NCBI GenBank assembly: GCA_029571125.1
Contig: JAKPTH010000501.1
Location: 1 to 55,615, forward strand
DNA: 55,615 bases
From: a bacterium
GTDB taxonomy: Bacteria > Muiribacteriota > UBA9980
Reading direction: 5' to 3'
In this document: in pieces, positions 6,620 to 15,818 of the stretch
Numbering within the stretch: the first letter of the stretch is position 1
Layout: each line of letters opens with the position of its first letter
The notes under the pieces: model-generated
The model's input: only the letters and a program-made list of their open reading frames with translations
What the model was told of the DNA's origin: nothing
Databases searched by the model: none
Made by a program: the position numbers and the translations under genes

Positions 6620-6956
6620 ATCCCCCTTGTAAATTTTTGATTTTTTTTGGTTTAATCTGACCGAGATTAAATTAAACCTTTACTTCGTTCACCGAAGCTT
6701 CCGGGGGGCGCCTAAACTTTTTGCCTTTAAGTGTCCTTGTTACCTTTAACGCTACTTCGTTTAAACTTCCCGTCTACTTTTAGTTCACTTTTCAAGATTA
6801 GCCCACCCGCTTTCGCCGGCGAACCGTTTTTAACCCAACCGGTTTTTGCTAATAACAATACCGCACCCGTGCTATAGGATTTGTTTGTTTCACCTCCTCG
6901 TAATTCACGAACACGATATAATGTTGTCAATCAAAACCCGCAGTCAAATTAGTGCT

Positions 6957-6985
6957 ATTTTATCAGTAAAGTTTTTTTGTGTCAA
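6957..6985 (-). promoter_or_regulatory. sigma70-type promoter giving a ~330-nt 5' UTR for the porin gene
   Basis: Minus strand reads TTGACA (6985-6980), a 17-nt spacer, then TAAAAT (6962-6957). There is no plausible coding sequence between it and ATG 6619. Confidence 0.45.
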
Positions 6986-7087
6986 GCTTTTTTTATTTTG
7001 ACCGGTAACCATATCCTTCATTTCCCTTAAAATAAAATGATTTTCAAACATATTTTTTTGCGAATCCGGCAATCGCCATCATCACCT

Positions 7088-8371
7088 TCAGTTTTTTCTT
7101 TCGCCCAGCGCCATGCCTGTATAAAACCATAAAATACGGCTTATTTCATTGTTAAACATATTGTATTCGCTTAGCCCCATCACCAGAACCGCAGCAAAAG
7201 CGAGTGCGGTTCCCGCGGCGAAAGCTTTTTCGACAGCGCCTTCTTCTTTAATGCTATTGATTTTTTTAATAAGCCGGCCGGCTAAAACGTAAAGGCAAAG
7301 GCATATAAACGAGGCGAAACCCGCGAACCCGGTTTCGGCGTATATTTGAAGGTATAGATTATGAAGATGGCCGTAAACCATTTTTTTGCGTTCTTCGGGA
7401 GCCCATTCGACCCTTCTGACGTAATCGGAATAATTCTTTTCGACGCCGCCTATTCCGACGCCGGTTACGGGGTTATCTTTTATCATGGCGATTCCGGCGG
7501 CATATATAACTTCCCTGCCGCTGGAGTATCCGCCGAGCGTGCTCATTACGCGCGCATTGAGATCGTTTAAAAGGGCAAAGTTTTTAACCGGCGGGTAAAT
7601 GACGACCGCGGCGGCTAAAGCGGAAACAATCAACGCCGCCGCAAAAATCCTGTAATACCGGTTAAAAAGCAGAAGGGCGAATACGGCCAGAACCATTGCG
7701 GCCCAGGGGCCGCGCGAGTATGTAAGCAGAAGGGCGGCGGCGTTTGCGCATATAAGAGCAAGGAACAAGCCGCGTTTTTGAGGGCTTTCAAATGCGTCTT
7801 TCGCGCCCAAAATTATCGCCAGGGATATACACTGCATCATAACCAGGAACTCGCCGTAAGTTATGGGCACTTCGAAAAGGCCGCTATATTTGCTTGGCCA
7901 GTAAACGAAATCCTGAAAATAAACGATATCGGTAAGGCCGAAAGCGGTTGCAAGAATGGCGGTCAAGAGTAAAATAAAGTTGACCGACTGAAGCAGGGCC
8001 ATCATTTTTATTTTATCTACGAGCATAAAACCTTTTTCATAGGCCAGAAAAAAAGCCAGAAAAGCCATGACGTTTTTGATTTTTCCTATTCCGGCCAGGC
8101 CCAGGCCGCTTGTAAAAAGCCCCAGGATGTTAGCGGCGACGAACAGTAACATTATGGAATAAACCGGGCTATATTTGAATTTCGCCGCCGCGCCGCCGGA
8201 GAATCTTGAATATAAAAGAGCGGCGATTGCCGAATAAAGAGCGAAGTTCGACAAAAAAGTAGAAAAAGAAACGGTAATCAGAAACATAACTATGAAAAAA
8301 TATATTACGCTATCCGTTTTACCGCTTTCGGAGGGAATTATCGGTTCCATACAATTCGCACATTTGACCAT
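7088..8371 (-). CDS. O-antigen ligase / polymerase family (Wzy_C-like) integral membrane protein
   Basis: About 10 hydrophobic segments, LTYSRGPWAAMVLAV motif, and a large loop with HLHNLYLQIYAETG. SD GAGGA. Confidence 0.65.
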   Translation of the reverse strand: MVKCANCMEPIIPSESGKTDSVIYFFIVMFLITVSFSTFLSNFALYSAIAALLYSRFSGGAAAKFKYSPVYSIMLLFVAANILGLFTSGLGLAGIGKIKNVMAFLAFFLAYEKGFMLVDKIKMMALLQSVNFILLLTAILATAFGLTDIVYFQDFVYWPSKYSGLFEVPITYGEFLVMMQCISLAIILGAKDAFESPQKRGLFLALICANAAALLLTYSRGPWAAMVLAVFALLLFNRYYRIFAAALIVSALAAAVVIYPPVKNFALLNDLNARVMSTLGGYSSGREVIYAAGIAMIKDNPVTGVGIGGVEKNYSDYVRRVEWAPEERKKMVYGHLHNLYLQIYAETGFAGFASFICLCLYVLAGRLIKKINSIKEEGAVEKAFAAGTALAFAAVLVMGLSEYNMFNNEISRILWFYTGMALGERKN

Positions 8372-8458
8372 AATTTATTAATTTCCTCGGTATCGCTTAA
8401 TAGAGAATAACATACATTAAATGTATTAAAAAACGTCCGTGGTAATTCGCTAAGCATC

Positions 8459-10306
8459 TTATTTTTTTGATTTTACGAATTTTTCGATCTCCGCCATGAA
8501 AATTTTTCCATAGCGTCTGAGCTTATTCTGCCCCACGCCGCTGACTTCAAGAAATTCTTCCGCGGTGGAAGGCAGCAGACTGCACATGCCGTTCAGCGCA
8601 GCATCGGAAAAAATAAGATACGGAGGAACTCTCTGCTTATCGGCCAATTCGCGCCGCAGCGCTTTTAGTATATCGAAAAGTCGCATATCGCCCGCATTTT
8701 CGGCCGACGTTGGTTTGGCCGGCTGTTTGGCGGCGGCCCGTTTTTTTTCGGGTTTGCCTTTATTATGTTTTATCATTATGGTTTCTTCGTTTTCAAGCGC
8801 CGCGGCGCCTTTTTCGCTCAAAGAAATAGTGCGGTAGACGCTTTCGTCTATAGTTAAATAGCCTGAAGCCGCCATCGAAGATATGAGATCTTTAATGGCC
8901 GGAGCTGAAAATTCCTTTAACGCCCCGTAAGACGGGATCGCGTCGAAGCCGTATTCTGAGGCTCTCTCGAAATTTTCGCCGCGAAGCACTTCTGCGGTAA
9001 AAGAGCTTCCGAAGCGTTCACCCATATGTTTAACGCATGAAAGCACCTTTGCGGCCTGAACGGTCATGTCCGCGAGGCTGCCCGTGCTTATGCAATTGCC
9101 GCAGTTACCGCATCCGCATTCGCCGGGTTTTTCGCCAAAATATTTTAAAACGTAACTTCTAAGGCAAGAGCCGGTAGAGCAGTATTCGATCATCTGCGAA
9201 AGTTTTCTCAGCTCGTTGGTTTTATCAGTGCGCGGCGCGCCGGCGGCGTCTTTATCCCTGTCGCTGTTTTCGATCAGGAATTTATTCATTATTATGTCGG
9301 AGCCGGAAAACAGCAGCACGCATTCGGATTTTTCACCGTCGCGGCCCGCTCTGCCCGCTTCCTGATAATAGCTTTCTATATTTTTAGGCATATTATAATG
9401 CAGCACGAACCTGACGTTTGATTTATCTATACCCATTCCGAAAGCGTTAGTCGCGACGATGACGCCCGCCTGATCGTATATAAACTTTTCCTGCGCGGCT
9501 TTTCTTTCTTTCATTGGAAGTCCGGCATGGTATCTGACGGATTCTATTCCGGCGTTTTTAAGCTTTTCGTGAACGCTCTCCACCAGTTTTCTGGTTATGC
9601 AATATATAATACCGCTCTTTCCTGAATTTTTGCGAAGGTAATCGAGCATGAACTCGCATTTATCGGCCGGCCTGTCGACTTCGAAATAAAGGTTTTTACG
9701 GTCAAATCCAGTCACAACGGTTACCGGATCGTCGAGCTTAAGAAGTTTTACGATATCCTCTTTAACCAGCGGCGTCGCGGTGGCGGTAAAAGCCGACACG
9801 ACCGGCTTTTTTTTGAACATAGATATCATTTCGGCTATTTTAAGGTAGCTCGGACGGAAATCGTGGCCCCACTGAGATACGCAATGGGCCTCGTCTATAG
9901 TCACCATGCTCACGCGGATCTCGTTTAATATCTTTAAAAAGCTCGGGTTTTCAAGTCTTTCGGGGGCGACATAAATCAATTTATATGTCCCTTTTAAAGC
10001 CTCGCTTTCGATGCTTCTGTATTCGTTAACGGTAAGGGTGCTGTTTATAAAAGCGGCCGGCAATCCGGCCTGGCGAAGCGATTCGACCTGGTCTTTCATC
10101 AGGGATATGAGCGGCGATATGACTATAACAACGCCTCTGGCCATAAGCGCGGGGATCTGAAAGCATAGCGATTTGCCGGCGCCGGTCGGCATTATTCCCA
10201 GCGCGTCGCGGCCCGATATGATAGCCGAGATAAGCTCCGGCTGGCCGTCTCTAAATTGAGAATAGCCGAAATACTGGCGCAATAATTTAAGAGGATGTGT
10301 AAGCAT
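8459..10306 (-). CDS. recQ: ATP-dependent DNA helicase RecQ
   Basis: LRQYFGYSQFRDGQ, GAGKSLCFQIPAL (Walker A), DEAHCVSQWGHDFRPSY, a Zn-binding Cys cluster and a C-terminal HRDC-like region. Start moved from TTG 10327 to ATG 10306 because TTG 10327 lies inside the promoter spacer. Confidence 0.9.
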   Translation of the reverse strand: MLTHPLKLLRQYFGYSQFRDGQPELISAIISGRDALGIMPTGAGKSLCFQIPALMARGVVIVISPLISLMKDQVESLRQAGLPAAFINSTLTVNEYRSIESEALKGTYKLIYVAPERLENPSFLKILNEIRVSMVTIDEAHCVSQWGHDFRPSYLKIAEMISMFKKKPVVSAFTATATPLVKEDIVKLLKLDDPVTVVTGFDRKNLYFEVDRPADKCEFMLDYLRKNSGKSGIIYCITRKLVESVHEKLKNAGIESVRYHAGLPMKERKAAQEKFIYDQAGVIVATNAFGMGIDKSNVRFVLHYNMPKNIESYYQEAGRAGRDGEKSECVLLFSGSDIIMNKFLIENSDRDKDAAGAPRTDKTNELRKLSQMIEYCSTGSCLRSYVLKYFGEKPGECGCGNCGNCISTGSLADMTVQAAKVLSCVKHMGERFGSSFTAEVLRGENFERASEYGFDAIPSYGALKEFSAPAIKDLISSMAASGYLTIDESVYRTISLSEKGAAALENEETIMIKHNKGKPEKKRAAAKQPAKPTSAENAGDMRLFDILKALRRELADKQRVPPYLIFSDAALNGMCSLLPSTAEEFLEVSGVGQNKLRRYGKIFMAEIEKFVKSKK

Positions 10307-10317
10307 AATTCGGGGTG

Positions 10318-10346
10318 ATTGTATCAAAATAAGCGAAAAATGTCAA
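10318..10346 (-). promoter_or_regulatory. sigma70-type promoter for recQ, giving a ~5-nt SD-less leader
   Basis: Minus strand reads TTGACA (10346-10341), a 17-nt spacer, then TACAAT (10323-10318). ATG 10306 is 11 nt after the -10 box. Confidence 0.55.
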
Positions 10347-10467
10347 TAAAACCCCAAAAAAGTATAAATTAAAATTGGTTCTTTCTCGATTTGTGTGGGT
10401 AAAACTTTTTAATCAAGTTTAAAGTTCAGAGTGGAGAATTAAAGGATTTTTCATATTTTATTAATAA

Positions 10468-10484
10468 AGCTCGCAGGGCGAGCT
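10468..10484 (-). terminator. hairpin downstream of the GT2/GT4 operon
   Basis: AGCTCGC-AGG-GCGAGCT, followed on the minus strand by TTATTAATAAAAT (weak U-tract). Confidence 0.35.
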
Positions 10485-10490
10485 CCAACC

Positions 10491-10523
10491 TTAACTATTC
10501 ACTATTCACTCTACACTATTGAC
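10491..10523 (+). repeat. 33-nt intergenic repeat, copy 2 (copy 1 at 4832-4864)
   Basis: See 4832-4864. A partially inverted match, AGTTCAGAGTGGAGAATTAA, lies at 10423-10442. Confidence 0.5.
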
Positions 10524-10586
10524 TAATACCTACCCATATGAAATAAAAACAGCCTTAAAATTTTATAAAACCGTATGGCGTGCTTC

Positions 10587-11474
10587 TTATTTTTTAAGTT
10601 TCAGCCTGTAATATAAAGACAGCAGCTTTAAATAAAGCGGTTCGCCAATAATTTTTTTGAACCGGGCGCGCAACCCGGCCGCAGCCCATTCGCCAAGGGC
10701 CTTTACCAGGCTTCCCACTTCAACGCGCCTCAGATTGAGGGCCCTGACGATCCATTTAAATATCACGCCGTCGGCGTTGGAGCTCACGCCGCCGGTCCTG
10801 TAAACCGAAACCACCGCGTCTTTTATGCGCACGAATTTCGCGCCTTTATCAAGAAGTCGGAGCCATAAATCGTAATCCATGGAGTATTTAAGGCGTTCGT
10901 CGAACTTATTCTCCAAAAGCATTTTTCTGGGCATTATCACCGACTGATGGCAAAAAGAGCAGTCGTTCGAAAGATTTTCATGATCGGCCTGGCACATGTC
11001 GAAGCCGCCGACGCGGTTGATTACGACCGCGCCGCCGTAAATTATGGTATTTTCGTCGGGAACGTTTATTTTAATATAATTAGCGAGTTTTTCTATCGCC
11101 CTGTTATCGTAAAAATAATCGCTGGAATTCATCATTATGATATAGTCGCCTCCGGCGAGCGCCACGCCTTTGTTGAACGCTTCGCTTATGCCGGAATCTT
11201 TTTCACTGATCCAGCGGGAAATTCGATCTTCATAACGCTTTATTATGTCAACGGTTCCGTCGGTAGAGCCTCCGTCGACGATTATATATTCCGTATAAGG
11301 ATAGTTTTGCCCCAGAACGCTTTGAATGGTCTGCTCGACGTATTCCGCGCCGTTCATTACGACGGTAATTACGGTTACCGCGGGATATCCTTCGCCGCGG
11401 GACGTTTTTCTCAACAGTTCCGGACCGCGGGAGATTTTTCCGGTTTTATCGAAATTAGTATCGCCTTTATTCAT
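10587..11474 (-). CDS. family 2 glycosyltransferase
   Basis: VTVITVVMNGAEYVEQTIQSVLGQNYPYTEYIIVDGGSTDGT. Only 3 nt downstream of the preceding GT gene. Confidence 0.8.
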   Translation of the reverse strand: MNKGDTNFDKTGKISRGPELLRKTSRGEGYPAVTVITVVMNGAEYVEQTIQSVLGQNYPYTEYIIVDGGSTDGTVDIIKRYEDRISRWISEKDSGISEAFNKGVALAGGDYIIMMNSSDYFYDNRAIEKLANYIKINVPDENTIIYGGAVVINRVGGFDMCQADHENLSNDCSFCHQSVIMPRKMLLENKFDERLKYSMDYDLWLRLLDKGAKFVRIKDAVVSVYRTGGVSSNADGVIFKWIVRALNLRRVEVGSLVKALGEWAAAGLRARFKKIIGEPLYLKLLSLYYRLKLKK

Positions 11475-11477
11475 TGA

Positions 11478-12677
11478 TTATGCACACCCGCCAGACGCAG
11501 TTTTATTTTTTTTGACGGCCAGAGAAAGGACTATTTCCTGATATTTCCGGGCAAAATCAATCCTTCTGATCTCATGGAGCTTCAATTTTTCCGCCAGCGC
11601 GCCGTCGTCGTAAAAAGGCGGTTCGAGCCAGTATCCCGATAAAATTTCCGCCAGTTCACCGGCATCGGAAGGGTTAAAATATTTGCCTTTTGGCGGCGCC
11701 TGCTCGATATGCACTCCTATGTTAGATAAAATAACGTCTTTATCTATAGCTTTACACTCTTCGACGCTCGAGCTCCAGCCTTCGAAAAGGGAAGGATTAA
11801 TGACCGCCACGCAATGTCTCATCAGATAAAATACTTCCTCATATTCTATCAAACCCAGCATCATTATATTTTCAGTCAAACCGGCGGAATCTATATAGTT
11901 TTGTATTTCGCCGATATAGCCGGCATTGCGGTAATCTTTCAAAAGTCCGCTGAGGACTACTGCCGGCACCGGCTTTCCTGAATTTTTCAATATTTTAAGT
12001 GCCGCAAGGACCGTAAGATGGTTTTTATGTTTCCAGAACTGGTTAGGTATATAAAAATATTTGTCCGGCAAATTATATTCCGACTTAATTCTGGCGTAAC
12101 GGTCCGAATCGAAAGCCTTTACAGCTACATTTTGGGCAAAATTAAGCACTCTGCCTTTAGCGGCATATGCCGGAGCGAATTTCTTAAAATCGGCGAAAGC
12201 GTCAAGGCTGCTTAAAATAACGGCGTCTGATTTTTCGGCCAGTTCCATATAAGTTTTGTTTCTGTAAGCCAGGAGCCCAGGATCGAACATTTCCGGCAGA
12301 TGTATATGTTGAAAATCCGGTATCCAGCCTATTTTTATAAGTTCAGGCCCGGCTTCGGCATTAGAGGTGTGCGAAATCACGTTAATTTTATATTTTATAA
12401 GGGATTTTTCAAAAACCAGGTTCCTGTCGAAGGTTTTTTTCATGGCCCGGCCCAGGTAAGACAAAACGGACTTCGGCTCGAGGCATGAAAGGCCGTGATA
12501 TTCTATATCGAATCCCATTTTCGCTTTAATTTCGTCCGCCTGCGACGCCGCGGTAAAAACGACAGGCTCGATTTCACGGTCCGCAAGCTTACAGACGGCG
12601 CCGATGAGGCTTTTATAGTAGTTGAAGCCGCCGGTCCATGAGTTTATGTCTTTTATTATAAATGCGGTCCTGACCAT
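11478..12677 (-). CDS. GT-B fold glycosyltransferase (GT4/GT1 family)
   Basis: C-terminal EX7E motif (FEGWSSSVEE) and a two-Rossmann-fold length. Confidence 0.7.
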   Translation of the reverse strand: MVRTAFIIKDINSWTGGFNYYKSLIGAVCKLADREIEPVVFTAASQADEIKAKMGFDIEYHGLSCLEPKSVLSYLGRAMKKTFDRNLVFEKSLIKYKINVISHTSNAEAGPELIKIGWIPDFQHIHLPEMFDPGLLAYRNKTYMELAEKSDAVILSSLDAFADFKKFAPAYAAKGRVLNFAQNVAVKAFDSDRYARIKSEYNLPDKYFYIPNQFWKHKNHLTVLAALKILKNSGKPVPAVVLSGLLKDYRNAGYIGEIQNYIDSAGLTENIMMLGLIEYEEVFYLMRHCVAVINPSLFEGWSSSVEECKAIDKDVILSNIGVHIEQAPPKGKYFNPSDAGELAEILSGYWLEPPFYDDGALAEKLKLHEIRRIDFARKYQEIVLSLAVKKNKTASGGCA

Positions 12678-12832
12678 ATTTTTCCGGCCCTTTTCTGAAA
12701 AATAGAAATTCCGAGCGGTATAGCATAAATTTTATGATGCGGTTGCCGCTAAAACAAAACAGGCCGCACGGATCTTGATTATACACGATATCGGTTTATA
12801 AGTCAATGATTTGTGAATTCCTAAATATTAGA

Positions 12833-12861
12833 TTGAAATATTTTTGCCTTTATTATATAAT
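12833..12861 (+). promoter_or_regulatory. sigma70-type promoter for the VIT-vWA gene
   Basis: TTGAAA (12833-12838), a 17-nt spacer, then TATAAT (12856-12861). Confidence 0.5.
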
Positions 12862-12919
12862 GATTAAAAGTCCTTACTTGAATAACGCATCATTGAAACA
12901 TTAAAAGGAGTTGTTTTTT

Positions 12920-15214
12920 ATGACGAACGGGCTCCATGGTTTATTTTTGCTAACGCTTATAGCTTTTTTATGCATGTTTTCCACGGCTTACGCCGATGGG
13001 TTTATCATCGTGGATTATCCGCCAGACTTTCCGCCTCAAAGAAGGTTCGCCCGCGAGTTGACTCCTCCTTCCATCAAGTTTCACAAAGTTTCGGTAGAAA
13101 TCAACGAGCAGGTTTCAAAAACCGCCGTCGATCAGGTTTTTATCAATGAAGAAAACCAGGACCTCGAAGGCACTTATATTTTTCCGATTCCCGAAAGCGC
13201 CACCATATCAGATTTCGCAATGTTCATCGACGGCAAGCGTCAATCGGCGGAGCTTATGGATAAAGACAAGGCCCGGAACATTTACGAAGACATCGTAAGA
13301 AGAAAGCAGGATCCGGCGCTTCTGGAGTATATGGGCACCAATCTTTTCAAAGCCAGGGTTTATCCCGTTCCGGCGCGCGGCGAAAAGCGCATACAGCTCG
13401 AATATCAGCAGGTATTAAATCAGGACAGTAAAATAGTCAAATACGTCTATCCTTTAAACACGGAGAAATTCTCTTCAAAGCCTATTCAGACCGTTTCGGT
13501 CGCGGTAAATATCAAATCGAAATCAGGTATTAAAAACGTTTATTCGCCGTCGCATAAAATAGACGTTCAAAAGACTTCGGACAAAGAAGTAAAGGTATCC
13601 TTCGAAGAGTCAAACTCGAAACCCGACAAGGATTTTACTCTTTACTACACGGTTTCCGACGACGATCTCGGAATAAGCCTCATATCGCATAAGCAAGCTA
13701 AAGAAGACGGGTATTTTATGCTTTTAGCCTCTCCGAAAGTGGAGACCGAAAAGAAAGTCATACCCAAAGACATCTGCTTCGTCGTCGACACTTCAGGCTC
13801 CATGAGCGGCGACAAGCACAAGCAGGTCCAGAACGCTTTGAAGTTTTGCGTCAACAACCTCGAAGAAGAAGATAGGTTCAATATTATCAGTTTCGCCACG
13901 GAGCCTAAGCCTTATGAAAAAAACCTGGTAAACGCAAAGAAAGAAAATATAGAAGACGCGCTTAAATATATAGAAGGCATGAGGGCGATCGGCGGGACCA
14001 ATATCAACGAGGCGCTTTACAAGGCGCTTAAAATGGATTTCGCCAAAGACAAGCCTGCATTTATAGTATTTTTAACCGACGGAATGCCGACGGTCGATAT
14101 TACCGATCCTTTAGAAATACTTAAAAACGTCAAAAAAGAAAACGAACTTAAAATCAAGATCTTCTGTTTCGGCGTCGGCACAGATTTAAACACTACTCTG
14201 CTCGACAAGCTTGCCGTTGAAAACAACGGAGTAATCGAATATGTTACAGAAAACGAAGATATCGAATTAAAAGTATCGAATTTCTATACCAAAATAGCTT
14301 CGCCCGTGCTTACCGACGTGAGCGTCGATTTCGGCAAAATAAAGACCGACAACGCTTATCCGAGGGAAATACCGGATTTTTTCAAAGGCTCGCAGCTCGT
14401 TCTTATAGGGCGTTATCGCGAAGGCGGCGCCAGCGCCGCGACGATCAAGGGCAAAGTCCTTGGAACTGAAAAAAAGTATTCCAACGACGTTAATTTCGCC
14501 GAAAAGACCGACGACAACAACTTTCTGCCGCGCATATGGGCGCAGAGGCGCATCGGCTATCTGCTCGAAGAAATAAGGCTGCACGGCGAAAACAAGGAGC
14601 TCAAAGAAGAGATCGTCGAGCTGTCGAAAAAGCACGGCATAATGACGCCTTACACTTCGTTTTTAGTTCTTGAAGACGAAGCGCAGATAGGCGGTTCGCC
14701 CAACATAATGATAGAGCGCAGGCAGAGATTTTACGACGAAAAAGTTAAAGCCGGGGCGCAGGCGCCGGGAAGTTCGTTATCCGCATCGGAACGCGACGCA
14801 TTCGACAACGCCAACGTTTTCATGGCGCCGTCTTCGGAAAAATCTATGAAAGAAGATTCAGGAGCGAACGCCGTCCACATGAGCCGCGCCGTCAAAAAAA
14901 TACAGTCGAGCGACAGGGCGTTCGACTACAGCAAAATAGATCCCGAATCGATGCGCTACGTCGAGGACAAAACTTTCGTAAAGCGCGGCGACGAATGGCG
15001 TATTTCGACTTTCGACGAAAAGCGCGACGCCAAAAATATAGTAAACGTGAAGTTCGGTTCGAAATTATATTTCGCCCTGATCTCCAGGTATCCGCGTGCC
15101 GGTAAATACTGCGCTCTCGGGCACAACGTTTTGTTCGAACTCGAAGGAAAATTCGTCAAGATAAGCGGCGAAGGCGAAGAAAATTCTGAAAAGCTCGACG
15201 GGCTGCTTAAATAA
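12920..15214 (+). CDS. secreted VIT domain + von Willebrand factor A domain protein
   Basis: Start moved to ATG 12920 (AAAGGAG 9 nt upstream). Signal peptide LFLLTLIAFLCMFSTAYA. VIT-like N-terminus (VSVEINEQVSKTAVDQVFINE...GTYIFPIP...FKARVYPVPARGEKRIQLEYQ). MIDAS motif VVDTSGSMSGDK. Confidence 0.8.
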   Translation: MTNGLHGLFLLTLIAFLCMFSTAYADGFIIVDYPPDFPPQRRFARELTPPSIKFHKVSVEINEQVSKTAVDQVFINEENQDLEGTYIFPIPESATISDFAMFIDGKRQSAELMDKDKARNIYEDIVRRKQDPALLEYMGTNLFKARVYPVPARGEKRIQLEYQQVLNQDSKIVKYVYPLNTEKFSSKPIQTVSVAVNIKSKSGIKNVYSPSHKIDVQKTSDKEVKVSFEESNSKPDKDFTLYYTVSDDDLGISLISHKQAKEDGYFMLLASPKVETEKKVIPKDICFVVDTSGSMSGDKHKQVQNALKFCVNNLEEEDRFNIISFATEPKPYEKNLVNAKKENIEDALKYIEGMRAIGGTNINEALYKALKMDFAKDKPAFIVFLTDGMPTVDITDPLEILKNVKKENELKIKIFCFGVGTDLNTTLLDKLAVENNGVIEYVTENEDIELKVSNFYTKIASPVLTDVSVDFGKIKTDNAYPREIPDFFKGSQLVLIGRYREGGASAATIKGKVLGTEKKYSNDVNFAEKTDDNNFLPRIWAQRRIGYLLEEIRLHGENKELKEEIVELSKKHGIMTPYTSFLVLEDEAQIGGSPNIMIERRQRFYDEKVKAGAQAPGSSLSASERDAFDNANVFMAPSSEKSMKEDSGANAVHMSRAVKKIQSSDRAFDYSKIDPESMRYVEDKTFVKRGDEWRISTFDEKRDAKNIVNVKFGSKLYFALISRYPRAGKYCALGHNVLFELEGKFVKISGEGEENSEKLDGLLK

Positions 15215-15324
15215 AGAATCCTGGTAAATTCGTTTATTAACGGACGTAAAAAAATAAATATACGGTCAAGTTCGGTGCCATACAATAAATATCGCATCAT
15301 TTTCAATATCATCCGGAGGTAAAA

Positions 15325-15699
15325 ATGCGCGAAAACGAGTACAGTGCGGAAACAAAAAAAGCGATCGGCACGCTTCAAAATCTGACGGGCGTGGTTTTAC
15401 ACAACATAAACAATCTTCTGGCGCCGTTCAGCCTGAATATGGCTAAAGTCGAGATGTATCTGGAATGCGGAAAGATAGATCAGCTGAAAAAAGAGATGCC
15501 CGCTATGGTCTCGAACGCCGACATACATCTCAACGCTATCACGGAATCCCTTAGAATCCTGTTCGACACCGTATCTGCCGACAGGGAAAAAATAGAATTC
15601 TGGGACACGGTAGATATCAGGACCGAAGTGAAAAAGCGCGTCGAAAAGTTTCTAAAGTCAGAAGAGCAGGCTTCGAGCGCAAGCGAGAACAACAACTAA
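15325..15699 (+). CDS. small stand-alone protein with a histidine-kinase H-box-like (DHp) segment and no ATPase domain
   Basis: GVVLHNINNLLAPF resembles the HisKA H-box (AHDFNNLL); predicted all-helical, 124 aa; SD GGAGG. Confidence 0.4.
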   Translation: MRENEYSAETKKAIGTLQNLTGVVLHNINNLLAPFSLNMAKVEMYLECGKIDQLKKEMPAMVSNADIHLNAITESLRILFDTVSADREKIEFWDTVDIRTEVKKRVEKFLKSEEQASSASENNN

Positions 15700-15734
15700 A
15701 AACTCCGCTGTAACCGCAAAAACTAAAATAAAAA

Positions 15735-15772
15735 AAGGCTGTTCGAATATTTTTGAAACAGCCTTTTTTTTA
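15735..15772. terminator. bidirectional rho-independent terminator between convergent genes
   Basis: AAAAAAAGGCTGTT-CGAATATTTTTGA-AACAGCCTTTTTTTT. Confidence 0.75.
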
Positions 15773-15818
15773 TAACTTTTCCTATCCTATTTTATAAGCT
15801 TCGCCAGCCGGCGGAAGT

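Noticed and set aside
6727-6930. 67-aa minus-strand ORF in the porin upstream region
   Set aside because: It has a TTG start overlapping a TTGACA-like hexamer and a basic, low-complexity product. The region is better interpreted as the porin 5' UTR.
10307-10327. TTG 10327 as the recQ start (ORF-track start)
   Set aside because: It lies within the 17-nt spacer of the TTGACA/TACAAT promoter, so it would not be transcribed. ATG 10306 gives MLTHPLKLLRQYFGY, a normal RecQ N-terminus.
10947-11541. Plus-strand ORFs (176 aa, 71 aa) over the GT2 gene; likewise 18573-19689 plus-strand ORFs over the C92-like gene and the many ORFs antisense to other large genes
   Set aside because: These are shadow ORFs antisense to motif-supported genes, and none has its own motifs or signals.
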